64,000 bases of DNA from Verrucomicrobiota bacterium (GCA_039798785.1 JBDKFG010000019.1:1-64000); one strand, 5' to 3'; shown: positions 20,007 to 29,972, numbered from the stretch's first letter. Numbers and translations: made by a program. Notes: generated by a model from the sequence alone, not told the origin.

Positions 20007-20170
20007 GGTTGAAAGGTTGAACCGCAAGGCATTGAACAACAAAAAGTCAGCGACTATTTGACGCGGACAGGAGAGCTTTCCTATCAGAGGTCATGCCGAC
20101 GGATCACCGAATAAGCTAAGCTATTGCTGTTTCAGCTGATCCTTCCAACCTTTCAACTGCGGTTTTTAGG
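20007..20170. repeat. GAAAGGTT-type inverted-repeat element, homologous (reverse orientation) to 31391..31609
   Basis: Its reverse complement starts cctaaaaaccgcagttgaaaggttggaaggatcagct and contains tgttgttca, matching cctaaaaatcgcagttgaaaggttggaagg...gatcagct and tgttgttca at 31.4-31.5 kb. Confidence 0.75.
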
Positions 20171-20272
20171 GTGATTGGCAGAGTGAGTGACCGCTCACCT
20201 TCTCTCCTTTTGTGCTCATTGTGCCATTTGTAGCCTCTGTCTTTCTTCGCGTCTTCGTTCCTTTGAGTGATA

Positions 20273-20410
20273 CTCGAGAGTCACGAGTTCTGCATTTTGA
20301 GCTCAAGTTTGTAGCTCCGGCTTCAGCCGGCCCGATCTACTGTCCCCGGCTTTTGAGCTCAACAACCGGCTGAAGCCGGGGCTGCAAACCTAGAACTCTT
20401 GACTCTCGAG
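20273..20410. mobile_element. 138-bp MITE with 19-bp terminal inverted repeats and a 6-bp target-site duplication (GTGATA)
   Basis: ctcgagagtcacgagttct (20273..20291) vs agaactcttgactctcgag (20392..20410), 1 mismatch. gtgata at 20267..20272 and 20411..20416. Internal REP-like pair gtttgtagctccggcttcagccgg / ccggctgaagccggggctgcaaac. Confidence 0.85.
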
Positions 20411-20831
20411 GTGATAAAGGTCGATTTTATTCGTGATTCGAGGCCGAACCGGCATGGCTCTCCGTGCTCGGGCGAGGGCGCGCACAGTCCCCCCATTTTA
20501 TAGACAATTATTATCGGTCCAAATAATTCGAGCGAAAATTTTTAGAGAAATTTCTTTCGACCTTGTGTCATAGCCCCCTGCTTCTTCGGAGTTCTCCCTT
20601 GGTACGGAGACTTGGATGGCTTGCGCCACGGTTTCCAGACCTCAGAACCAACGAAGAGATGGCACCATGAGCTTCTACACCTTCACACTCAAGGGAAGGC
20701 TCCGCCGCTTAAGCCGAAGCTTTGCTTTCGTCCTGGTTTTGGATCCTGACGCCAATGAGGTCGCCCCGGTTTTTGACGAGAACAGCGCACCCCCCCCCGC
20801 GAAACAGAAACAAAAGAAATGGAGCCCCTAA

Positions 20832-23800
20832 ATGGCCAATCCTATTCTCGCATTTGGCAGCTGGTCCGTCACCGAAGGACAAACCCTCATCCTCAACACC
20901 TCTCTGCTTTCCGCCACTGATGCGGAAACCCTTGATTCCAGCCTGCTGACCTTCACAGCCAGCAGCGTCAGGGGAGGGTCCTTCTACAAGCAGGGCCTCG
21001 CCGTCACGAGCTTTACGCTTCAAGATATCGAGACTGGCAGTGTCAGCTTTGTTCACAACGGGACGGAGACCGCCCCTTCATTCGCCATCAAAGTGACGGA
21101 TGCGGAGGGTTTGTCGTCGCCGCTCCAAAGCATCATTCCGAGCTTCACCAAGGTGAACGATCTGGCGGTGCTCAGCGGCACCAGGACCTTGAGCTATAGT
21201 GAGGAAGGGGCGCCGATCGCGATCACCAAGACCATCCTGAACGCGAGCGACGCCGAGGGCGCTGCCGCCAGCACGCTCACATTCAAGGTGACGATCTTGG
21301 GCGTGGGCGACGCCGTTGCCGACGGTTTTTTCTACAAAGGGAGCTACACCGACGCGGCTTCCCGTATGGCTGCGAAGGTGAACAGCTTCACCCTGGCCGA
21401 GCTCAGCTCGACTCTGGCCAGCGACAACATCTTCTTCCAGCCCGGGACCTACTCGGTCAAGCCGTTCATCTCGGTCGTCGTCAACGACGGGATTGCGGAT
21501 TCGCCGGCCAGCAATTTGAATGTCTACATGACCGCAGTGAATGATCTCGCCACGCTCAGCGTCGGCACCTTCGCCGTGATCGAGGGAGCCTCGCTCGTTC
21601 TGAGCACAGCGCATCTCAATGCCAGCGACGAAGATTCTACCGACAGCCAACTGCGCTTCACCGTGTCCGGCACCTTGAACGGCAAGTTCACCAAGTCCGG
21701 ATCCACCAGCGGGATCACCAGCTTCACTTTGGCCGATGTGAAAGCGGGGCTCATCAGCTACACGCACAATGGCAGCGAAGCCAAACCTTCCTTCTCCTTC
21801 ACGGTTACGGATGCCTCGGGCGTCATCTCCCCAGCCCAAGCCGCGAGCTTCGATTTCAGCCAATTCCAAGTCAATGATGCGCCGACAGGCACGGTCACCC
21901 TTGCCGGCACCGCCACCCAAGGCCAGACGCTGACCGCGAGCAACACCCTTGCGGACGCCGACGGCCTGGATGCCATCACCTACACCTGGAAGAATAACCT
22001 CGGCACCATCCTCGGCACCGGCAGCAGCTACGTGCTTACCGAGGCAGAGGTCGGCAGGACCCTCACCGTCACCGCCAGCTATACCGATGCCGGCGGCACT
22101 GCCGAATCAAAAGTCTCTGCGGCGAGCGCCGCAGTCGCCAATGTCAACGATGCCCCTGTCGGCTCGATCATCATCAGCGGCACCGCCGCCCAAGGCCAGA
22201 CACTCACCGCCGTCAGCACTCTCTCCGACGCCGACGGCCTCGGGGCCATCACCTACACCTGGAAGAACAGCCTCGGCACCATTCTCGGCACCGGCAGCAC
22301 TTACCTCCTCACTTCGGCTGAGATCGGCAAAACCGTGACCGTCACCGCCTCCTACATCGACGGTCATGGCACGGCGGAGACGAAGGTTTCTGCGGCGAGT
22401 GTCGCAGTCGCCAATGTCAACGACGCACCCACCGGCTCGGTCACGATCGCGGGCTCCGCCAATCTGGGTCAGACGCTGACTGCAAGCAACACCCTTGCCG
22501 ACGTGGATGGCCTAGGTGTGATCAGCTACCAATGGCAAGCCAACGGCATGGATATCGCCGGAGCCACCGCCTCCACCTATCTCCTGACCGCGTCAGAGGT
22601 CGGCAAGAGCCTGTCCGTCACAGCCACCTACACCGATGGCTACGGCACGGTGGAACGAGTCGCTTCCGCCGCGACTGCGTCGGTTTCCAGCACCCCTGTC
22701 AACAACAGTCTGCCGAGCGGCTCGGTCACTATCACCGGCACCGCCACTCAGAACCAGGTCCTCACTGCCGCCAATACACTGGCGGACCTCGACGGGGTCG
22801 GCGCCATCAGCTACCAGTGGAAGGCCAACGGCGTGGCGATCCCGGGAGCCACAGCGAGCTCCTTCACCCTGCAGGAAGCCCAAGTGGGCAAGATCATCAC
22901 CGTCACAGCCACTTATCTCGACGGTCTTGGCACCCGGGAAAGCGTGACTTCCGCGGCCACCACCAGCGTCGTCAACGTCAATGACGCCCCCACCGGTTCC
23001 GTCAACATCGCCGGCAGCCCCGTCCAAGGCCAGACGCTCACCGCTTCCAACACTCTCGCCGACCTCGACGGCATGGGGACGGTCAGCTACCAATGGCGAG
23101 CCAACGGTTCGACGATCACAGGCGCTACCTCGAGCGCCTTCGTCCTCACACAGGCTCAAGTCGGCAAGTTGATCAGCGTCACTGCCTCCTATGTCGACGG
23201 ACACGGCAGCGCGACGAGCAAGACCTCCAGCTCCACCGCAGCAGTCGCCAACATCAACGACCTGCCGACCGGCGATGTACTCCTGGCTGGATTCGCTTCC
23301 CAAGGGCATGTCCTCACCGCCTCCAACACCCTCGCCGATGCCGATGGCCTCGGAGTCATCAGCTACCAATGGAAGGCGGATGGAGTCGCCGTCTCCGGAG
23401 CCACCGCAAGCAGCTACGCCCTGACGCAAGCCGATGTCGGAAAGACAATCACCGTCACCGCCAGCTACACCGACGGATTCGGCACGGCCGAGTCGAGGAC
23501 TTCGGCGGGCGCCCTGATCGTTGCCGATCTGCCCCCTTCCTTGAGCCTGGACACCTTGATCATCGAGGAACGGGAGGCGATCAATGTCACCAGCAATCTG
23601 ATTCGCGCCGCCGATGACAATGCCGGCGACTCGCAACTGCTCTTCACCATCAGCGGGCTGAGCCATGCCACCTTCCAGAAAAACCTCGCCGGTACCTGGA
23701 CCGCAACCAACAGCTTCACCCAGGCCGATATCTCGGCAGGAAACATCCGCATCGTCCACGATGGCAGCAATGTCGCTCCCGCGTATTCGGTGTCGGTCAC

Positions 23801-25481
23801 TGACGGCCTCGCCACTGCCACGCAGGTTGCCGGCATCGGCTTCACCGCCACCAACGACGCGCCGCTGATCACCGCTGCCCAGCCCGTGACCCTGGATTGG
23901 AGCACCCACAAATACAACCTCAGCACCACCAGCCTCAACGCCTACGACCGCGACTCCGAGGACGTCGCCGCCAGCCTGGTCTGGACCTGGAGCGGTCTGG
24001 ATTCGGATGTCGTCGTCCAGAAGAGCGGCGTGACGGTCAGCTCCTTCACCCAAGCCGATCTCGCCGCCGGCAGGATTCAGTTGCTGCGCACCGGCACCAA
24101 CACCCGTGTCGACGATGATTTCGCCACCTTCACCGTCACCGATTCTGCCGGAGCCAGCTCCAGCGCGGAACTGGCCATTTACGACGATGCCATGCTGCAC
24201 AAGAACAAATGGAGTGACATGACCCTCAACTATTGCTTCTTGACCAAGGTTCCTTCGTATTACTCCTCGACCGACGACGAGCAGAACGGCTTCGTCGTCT
24301 TCAGCGATGCCCAGAAAGCCGCAGCTCGTGAAATCCTCGCCTACATCTCCACGGTGACGAATCTGAAATTCGTCGAGAATACCAGCGTCACCGACGGCTC
24401 GCAATCGCACCTCACCTTTGCATCCCACGCCATGAGCAGCGGCAGCAGCGGATTCGCCTACTACGCCAACAATCCCACCGTCAACACCAAGAGCGGTGAT
24501 GTCTGGATCAGTTCCAGCTTAACCACTGCGCCGACAAAAGGCACATCGTCCTACAAGACCTTTCTGCATGAAATCGAGCACGCTCTGGGCAATACTCACC
24601 CCTATGACGACAGTACTTGGTCCGGCACGGACCGCGCCTCCACCGTCATGTCTTACAACCGCCATTCCAGCATCACGGGCACCGACGCCCAGACTTACCT
24701 CATCCAGGACCTCTGGACCCTGCAGAAGAACTATGGTGCCAACATGAGCACCAACAGCGGGAATACGACCTACCTGTTCTCCGACTTCAATGGCAAGATC
24801 AGCACCCTCTGGGATGCGGGGGGCGTCGACACCTTCGACTTCAGCTCGGCGTCTTATGGGCTCAAGGTCGACCTCCGGGAAGGGCATTTCTCGGATCTCT
24901 ACAACGTCACGAGCACTGGGACGGACAACCTGTCCATCCCCTTCAATGTCACCATCGAGAATTGCACCGGGGGTGCCTATGCCGACACCCTGATCGGCAA
25001 CACCTCGGCCAACGTCCTCAATGGCGGCAACGGCAACAACACCTTGATCGGCGGCGGCGGCGCCGATGTCTTGATCGGCGGTAGCGGCGCAGACCTTTTT
25101 GTTCTTGCCGACACCCAGTTCGTCAGCGTTTCCGGCGGTGCCGGTACGGACACTTTGCAGATCACCTCCGCCAATTTCGACTTCACCGATCTCGCGGCCG
25201 GTGCGGTCACCAGCATCGAGATGATCGATCTCCTCGCCTCCGCCGTTTCGCAGCGGATGCGCATCAAAGCGGCCGACATCCTCGATTGCGGCGCCTTGAC
25301 CGGAGCAAGCGCGTTGAAGGTTGCAGGCAATGCCGGTGACACCGTCGATCTCGATCTCAATCTGACGGACTATGCCAAGGGCATGAGCTACACATCCAAC
25401 AGTGTCGTGTATGATCTCTGGCACAGCAACGTCAATTCGTCGGCTGACATCTTGATCCAGCAAGGAGTCGTGGTCGTCTGA
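20832..25481 (+). CDS. Large RTX/serralysin-like (M10B) zinc metalloprotease-adhesin with cadherin-like and Ig-like repeats; probable type I secretion substrate
   Basis: No signal peptide; cadherin-like FTxxDIxxGxVxFVHNG domains; six NDAPTG..G..LTASNTLADxDG repeats; HEIEHALGNTH zinc motif; STVMSY Met-turn; TLWDAGGVDTFDFS; IENCTGGAYADTLIGN; GGxGxD nonapeptides. Confidence 0.92.
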   Translation: MANPILAFGSWSVTEGQTLILNTSLLSATDAETLDSSLLTFTASSVRGGSFYKQGLAVTSFTLQDIETGSVSFVHNGTETAPSFAIKVTDAEGLSSPLQSIIPSFTKVNDLAVLSGTRTLSYSEEGAPIAITKTILNASDAEGAAASTLTFKVTILGVGDAVADGFFYKGSYTDAASRMAAKVNSFTLAELSSTLASDNIFFQPGTYSVKPFISVVVNDGIADSPASNLNVYMTAVNDLATLSVGTFAVIEGASLVLSTAHLNASDEDSTDSQLRFTVSGTLNGKFTKSGSTSGITSFTLADVKAGLISYTHNGSEAKPSFSFTVTDASGVISPAQAASFDFSQFQVNDAPTGTVTLAGTATQGQTLTASNTLADADGLDAITYTWKNNLGTILGTGSSYVLTEAEVGRTLTVTASYTDAGGTAESKVSAASAAVANVNDAPVGSIIISGTAAQGQTLTAVSTLSDADGLGAITYTWKNSLGTILGTGSTYLLTSAEIGKTVTVTASYIDGHGTAETKVSAASVAVANVNDAPTGSVTIAGSANLGQTLTASNTLADVDGLGVISYQWQANGMDIAGATASTYLLTASEVGKSLSVTATYTDGYGTVERVASAATASVSSTPVNNSLPSGSVTITGTATQNQVLTAANTLADLDGVGAISYQWKANGVAIPGATASSFTLQEAQVGKIITVTATYLDGLGTRESVTSAATTSVVNVNDAPTGSVNIAGSPVQGQTLTASNTLADLDGMGTVSYQWRANGSTITGATSSAFVLTQAQVGKLISVTASYVDGHGSATSKTSSSTAAVANINDLPTGDVLLAGFASQGHVLTASNTLADADGLGVISYQWKADGVAVSGATASSYALTQADVGKTITVTASYTDGFGTAESRTSAGALIVADLPPSLSLDTLIIEEREAINVTSNLIRAADDNAGDSQLLFTISGLSHATFQKNLAGTWTATNSFTQADISAGNIRIVHDGSNVAPAYSVSVTDGLATATQVAGIGFTATNDAPLITAAQPVTLDWSTHKYNLSTTSLNAYDRDSEDVAASLVWTWSGLDSDVVVQKSGVTVSSFTQADLAAGRIQLLRTGTNTRVDDDFATFTVTDSAGASSSAELAIYDDAMLHKNKWSDMTLNYCFLTKVPSYYSSTDDEQNGFVVFSDAQKAAAREILAYISTVTNLKFVENTSVTDGSQSHLTFASHAMSSGSSGFAYYANNPTVNTKSGDVWISSSLTTAPTKGTSSYKTFLHEIEHALGNTHPYDDSTWSGTDRASTVMSYNRHSSITGTDAQTYLIQDLWTLQKNYGANMSTNSGNTTYLFSDFNGKISTLWDAGGVDTFDFSSASYGLKVDLREGHFSDLYNVTSTGTDNLSIPFNVTIENCTGGAYADTLIGNTSANVLNGGNGNNTLIGGGGADVLIGGSGADLFVLADTQFVSVSGGAGTDTLQITSANFDFTDLAAGAVTSIEMIDLLASAVSQRMRIKAADILDCGALTGASALKVAGNAGDTVDLDLNLTDYAKGMSYTSNSVVYDLWHSNVNSSADILIQQGVVVV
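21870..23520 (+). repeat. Six intragenic tandem Ig-like repeats of about 91-94 aa
   Basis: Repeats begin VNDAPTG, VNDAPVG, VNDAPTG, NSLPSG, VNDAPTG, INDLPTG. Boundaries are approximate. Confidence 0.9.
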
Positions 25482-25493
25482 CCAGGAGAGTCG

Positions 25494-25565
25494 GGGCTTG
25501 CCGGAGTTTCGGCAAGCCTCGTTGATTCCGATAAGCTAACGCCGCATCCCCTGCGGCGTCTTTTC
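25494..25565 (+). terminator. Two hairpins after the RTX gene, the second with a U-tract
   Basis: ggcttgccg/cggcaagcc stem, then acgccgca-tcccc-tgcggcgt followed by cttttc. Confidence 0.65.
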
Positions 25566-25773
25566 ATTGAGCTGCAGAGCGCCTCGAGCGAGGCGCCGCC
25601 AGCCGATATGAATCCGGGCTTTCGAAAAAGATGGCGGAGCGCATGTGACCCCCCCCGGATCTTGGAGTTTTGATTGTTGTAGGGAGCAGAGCCCGGATGC
25701 TCCTAGAGACAAGCCTCATAGCCAGAAGATCGAGGGAGCCCGCTCTCTTGAACGCAAAACCAAAGGATATCGA

Positions 25774-26724
25774 ATGAACACCGTCGCATTGGCCAGCCTC
25801 TCTGCCGCCTTGATTCTGGGCGCAGCCACCCTCGCCGCTCCTGTCGGCCCCGTCGCCCCGGCCGCTTCTCCAGTCTCCGCGCCCGCGGTTTCGAAGCTCC
25901 CTTCCGGGGCGCCGCGCCATCCCCAGGCCCTAGATGCGGAACAGATCATGCAGGAATTCACCGCCAAGCTCGGGGAGATGCTGGAGAAGGGCCGGTTGAC
26001 GCCGATCCAGGAGCTGCGCGAGCAATTGCAACGGCCTCAGTGCGAGTTGAAGTTGCCGGCGGTTCCGGCCGCCACCCTGTCGCAACAGGAGCTCTACAAG
26101 CGGGCCTGCAAGAGCGTGGTCATTGTCGGCAACGTTGCGATGATGCCCTGCAAGGACAAATCCTGCAGCAGGCTGCATCCTCGGATCAATCCCGCAACAG
26201 GCTACCTGATCAGCGCCTCGGGGGTGATGGTCACCAACTACCACGTGATGGCCGACAAGGGAGCCCATGGCGTGGCGGTCCGCGACTATGAAGGCAAGGT
26301 GTTTGCCGTCAAGGAGATCCTTGCCGCCAATGCGGACCAGGACATCGCCATCGTGCAGCTGGAAGGCAGCGGCTTCACCCCCTTGCCGCTGGGCGAGGAC
26401 GAAGAGGTCGGCAGTCCGGTCTTCATCGTCGGCCATCCCGATTGCAAGCCTTACATCCTGAGCAGCGGCATGATCACCTCCTATCCGATCATGCGCAAGA
26501 GCCGGGACAGTCAGAAGGCCCAGATGATGTTCGTCTCCAGCGAGTTCTGCGGCGGCTCCAGCGGCTCCCCGGTGCTTAGCGACAAGGGCGAGGTGATCGG
26601 CATGGTGTCGTCGCTGATCCCCGTGGTCAAGCCGAGCAGCGACGGCTCGATGATGGTGCAACAGCTGATGCTGCGAACCTGCCCCCCGGTCTCTTCGATC
26701 CGGGCGATGATCAAATTCAAATGA
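25774..26724 (+). CDS. Secreted trypsin-like serine protease (S1C-like, no PDZ)
   Basis: Signal peptide; ATGYLIS, VTNYHV, DIAIV, GGSSGSPV give an intact triad; AAGGA upstream. Confidence 0.9.
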   Translation: MNTVALASLSAALILGAATLAAPVGPVAPAASPVSAPAVSKLPSGAPRHPQALDAEQIMQEFTAKLGEMLEKGRLTPIQELREQLQRPQCELKLPAVPAATLSQQELYKRACKSVVIVGNVAMMPCKDKSCSRLHPRINPATGYLISASGVMVTNYHVMADKGAHGVAVRDYEGKVFAVKEILAANADQDIAIVQLEGSGFTPLPLGEDEEVGSPVFIVGHPDCKPYILSSGMITSYPIMRKSRDSQKAQMMFVSSEFCGGSSGSPVLSDKGEVIGMVSSLIPVVKPSSDGSMMVQQLMLRTCPPVSSIRAMIKFK

Positions 26725-26747
26725 AGCTCTGTCCAGGAAGGTGAAAC

Positions 26748-26999
26748 ATGAAACACATCCATAGACCCGGCAAGATCTCCATCCGCACTCTCGACAGCAG
26801 CAACGAAAACCATCATCTCTGCAACAACAACGGAGTGTGGAGCCTGCACTACACCTTGCATCCTACGCCGATGACGAAGCAGCGTGTCCGGGTTTCGCTC
26901 GGAACCACCTCCGTCGAGGAGGCCCGCGCCTTGCGCGACCGACTCTTTGCCGAGGCCGGCGTCAAGCTCAAGGCGATCCAGGGATCCTCGCTCAACTAG
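26748..26999 (+). CDS. Small hypothetical protein resembling an integrase arm-type DNA-binding domain
   Basis: NHHLCNNNGVWSLHYTLHP...QRVRVSLGTTSVEEARALRD; GGAAGG RBS upstream. Confidence 0.6.
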   Translation: MKHIHRPGKISIRTLDSSNENHHLCNNNGVWSLHYTLHPTPMTKQRVRVSLGTTSVEEARALRDRLFAEAGVKLKAIQGSSLN

Positions 27000-27014
27000 C
27001 GATCCGTCCCGGCC

Positions 27015-29111
27015 TCACGGCGCGGCCGCCGCGGCGGAGTTCTCCGGCAGCTCGCCGTAGAGACCGTGGGCCAGGAGATAGGACGCCGCCTCGTAATAGG
27101 CCGTCGCCTCGTCCTCGAAAGCGGTCTGCGCCGCCGTCGGGACGAGGTCGCCGCTGTGCCGATTGAGATCATAGCTCTGGGCCTGGCGGATCGGCTTGAG
27201 GACGGCGAGGCGCCGGGGATCGAGATAGCCGAGCTTCTGGTAGTTGCTGATGAAGCTGCGATCGCGTCCGGCGGCGTCGGGACGGAGGAGGTCGCGGCCG
27301 AAGAAGCGGCTGTGGTAGCTCCAGTCCATCAGGCCGAGCAGGGTCGGAGCCAGGTCGATCTGGGAGCACAGGGTGTCGATCCGCTGCGGCTTGATCAGGA
27401 GGGGGTTCCAGATCAGCATCGGGATGTGGTATTTCTTCACTTCCAGCTCGCGCTTGCCGGCGACCCGCATGCAATGATCGGAGACGATGACGAAGACGGT
27501 GTTCCTGAACCAGGCTTTCGATTTGGCGTCCTGGAGGAATTTGCCGATGGCGTAGTCGCTGTAGGCGGCGCCGCCGGCGACTCCTTTCAGCGCAGCCGGG
27601 ATGCGGCCGGCCGGCCAGGTGAAGGGGCGGTGGTTGGAGGTGCTCATGACGAAGTGGTAGAAGGGCCGGCCCGCGGCGTGAGCCTTGTCGGCTTCGGCCA
27701 TCGACCAGGCGAAGCTGTCTTCATCGCTGGCGCCCCAGGCGTTGGCGAAGACCGCCTTCACGCCTTCCCTTTCCTTGGCGGGATGGTCTACGATGCGGCA
27801 GCCGTTATGCATGAAGTAGTAGCTCATGTTGTCGAAGAAGCCATCGCCGCCGTAGACGAAGACGCTGTCGTAGCCGCGCTGTCTGAACAGGCCTGGGAGG
27901 GTGAAGAGCCTTTCGTTGCCGGGGCGGCGCGGCACCGCCTGGCCGGGGCTGGGGGGGACGCTGAGGCTGAGGGCCTCCATCCCACGGACGGTGCGGGTGC
28001 CGGTGGCGTAGCAGGCGTGGAAGCTGATGCCTTCGCTGGCGAGGAGGTCGAGATTGGGCGTCAGCCTTTTCTTGTCACCGAGGAAGCCGAGCGATTCGCC
28101 GGAGAGTGATTCGACGGTGATCTGGATGACGTTCCAGCGTTTTTCCGGGCCCTTGCCGGTGATGGCGCGGCGGAGATCGAGCGGTTCGGAGCTGAGGTAG
28201 CGGGAGTTGTCCTGGAGGAGCAGAGGACGGAGGATCCGGCATGCGGCGAGGGGGGCTTCGTCGCTCGCCGGGGCGGTGCTGGCGGCGGCGCGGCCGAGCT
28301 GCGGGTACCAGCGCCAGTATTCCAAGCGGTTGGCCCAGAAGGCGGCGATCAGCGACCAGCCGCCGTTTCGGGCGAGCTCGGTGGCGGTCGGATTGCCCAG
28401 CTGCACCTGCAGGAAGCTCATGTGGCGGAAGCCTGCGGCGAGCTTTTCGCCGCGGCTCGAGGCTTGAGGCGAGTCCATCCTGTCGAGATCGGCTCGGCCG
28501 AGTTGGTAGAAGACTAGCAGCGCCAGCAGCGGCAGGGAGAGGCAGCCGCCGCCGGCCAGCAGGCGAGGGCGCAGCGGCGTGGAGGAATCGAGCCAGGCGG
28601 CGAGCCAGCCGAGCCGGTGGAGGAACACGAGCAGTGCGGCACTGGAGAGGCTGATGCCGCCGAAAATCAGCGGCAGGTTGTAGGACTGGTGGATGTTGGC
28701 GATCACTTCGGTGGTGTACACCAGATAGTCAACGGCGATGAAGTTGAAGCGGACGCCGAACTCGTCCCAGAAAAGCAGTTCCGCGCAGAGTCCGAAGAAG
28801 AAGCTCCAGGTGGCGGCGAAGAGCCAGAGGATCCAGCCGGCACGGGCGAAGCGGCGCCGGAAGAGGCTTTGCGGGCAGAATGCCAGGGCCGCCGCCAGCG
28901 GCGTCGCCCAGAAGACCGCCATCGCCAGGTCGTAGAGGCTGCCCCAGGCGAAGGCGGCGGCAAGCGAGCCGGCAGGGACGCCGCCGAGATAGGGCGCCGC
29001 AAGAATCATCCGGATAAGAAGCGAAACTAGCAGAAAGATGCCGCCGAAAAGCAGCAGGCCGCCGTAGCGGTGGGCGAACAAGGGCGTCAGGCGCTGGAGC
29101 CGCTGCAGCAT
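27015..29111 (-). CDS. LTA synthase family protein (membrane anchor + sulfatase-fold phosphoglycerol transferase)
   Basis: N-terminal TM helices, FWDEFGVRFNFIAVDYL, NVIQITVESLS, GTRTVRGMEA, STSNHRPF, VSDH, SQIDLAPTLL. Confidence 0.92.
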   Translation of the reverse strand: MLQRLQRLTPLFAHRYGGLLLFGGIFLLVSLLIRMILAAPYLGGVPAGSLAAAFAWGSLYDLAMAVFWATPLAAALAFCPQSLFRRRFARAGWILWLFAATWSFFFGLCAELLFWDEFGVRFNFIAVDYLVYTTEVIANIHQSYNLPLIFGGISLSSAALLVFLHRLGWLAAWLDSSTPLRPRLLAGGGCLSLPLLALLVFYQLGRADLDRMDSPQASSRGEKLAAGFRHMSFLQVQLGNPTATELARNGGWSLIAAFWANRLEYWRWYPQLGRAAASTAPASDEAPLAACRILRPLLLQDNSRYLSSEPLDLRRAITGKGPEKRWNVIQITVESLSGESLGFLGDKKRLTPNLDLLASEGISFHACYATGTRTVRGMEALSLSVPPSPGQAVPRRPGNERLFTLPGLFRQRGYDSVFVYGGDGFFDNMSYYFMHNGCRIVDHPAKEREGVKAVFANAWGASDEDSFAWSMAEADKAHAAGRPFYHFVMSTSNHRPFTWPAGRIPAALKGVAGGAAYSDYAIGKFLQDAKSKAWFRNTVFVIVSDHCMRVAGKRELEVKKYHIPMLIWNPLLIKPQRIDTLCSQIDLAPTLLGLMDWSYHSRFFGRDLLRPDAAGRDRSFISNYQKLGYLDPRRLAVLKPIRQAQSYDLNRHSGDLVPTAAQTAFEDEATAYYEAASYLLAHGLYGELPENSAAAAAP

Positions 29112-29295
29112 GGAGTCTTTCCGGGGTTGTCGTGGAGGCGGACAATCTCCTCCGCCGCCGCAGCGCCGCGCGGCGGCGGCGGTGAAATTCGGATGAAAGG
29201 CGATTTCATCGAGTTTTCAGGCGGGGAGGCGGAGAGTCGGCGCAATCGCCGGTTAGATTGCCGCATTCCTCAGCTGCCGATGGAGACCCAACCGA

Positions 29296-29970
29296 ATGCG
29301 CCTGCTCGTCGTCGAAGATCAACCCAAAGTCGCGGCCTTCATCGTCAAGGGCCTGCAGGAGGAGGGCTGGACGGTCGACCTCGAGACCGACGGCGGATCG
29401 GGCCTCCGCGCCGCCCAGAGCGGCCGCTATGACCTGATCATCCAGGACATCATGCTGCCCGGCATCGACGGCTTCACCGCCATCGAGGCGCTGCGCAGGA
29501 GCGGCAGCCGCTGCCCCATCCTCGCGCTCAGCGCCCGCGACGAGGTCGAGGATCGTATCCGCGGCCTCAACGTCGGTGCCGACGATTATCTCGCCAAGCC
29601 CTTCGCCTTCGGCGAGCTGCTCGCCCGGGTCAAGGCCATCCTCCGGCGCGGCAAGGACAATGACGACGGACTGTTGCATTTCGCCGACATCGAGCTCAAT
29701 CCGGTGCTCCGCGAGGTCCGCCGCAGCGGCCACAAGATCAACCTGACGGTGAAGGAGTTCGCCCTTCTCGAGCTGCTGATGCGCAATCCCAACCGCGTCC
29801 TCACCCGGACCATCATCATGGAGAAGGTCTGGGAGATCAGCTTCGACACCGAGACCAACATCGTCGAGGCCTTCATCCGACTCCTCCGCAAGAAGATCGA
29901 CGCCGACTTCGAGCCGAAGGTGATCCGCACCGTCCGCGGCGTCGGCTACCGCATCAGCCTGGAAGACTGA
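29296..29970 (+). CDS. OmpR/CusR-family response regulator
   Basis: LLVVED, DIMLPGIDG, GADDYLAKPF, LTVKEFALLELL, IRTVRGVGY. Confidence 0.95.
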   Translation: MRLLVVEDQPKVAAFIVKGLQEEGWTVDLETDGGSGLRAAQSGRYDLIIQDIMLPGIDGFTAIEALRRSGSRCPILALSARDEVEDRIRGLNVGADDYLAKPFAFGELLARVKAILRRGKDNDDGLLHFADIELNPVLREVRRSGHKINLTVKEFALLELLMRNPNRVLTRTIIMEKVWEISFDTETNIVEAFIRLLRKKIDADFEPKVIRTVRGVGYRISLED

Positions 29971-29972
29971 GC

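Noticed and set aside
13234..20577. Shared 11-mer GTCATAGCCCC upstream of the reductase (minus strand, 13234..13244) and the RTX gene (20567..20577)
   Set aside because: A single short match with no flanking similarity, compatible with chance.
25710..25765. Possible SAM-I riboswitch-like words (ccagaagatcgagggag)
   Set aside because: The downstream GCAACC and GTGC core elements and P1 pairing could not be found.
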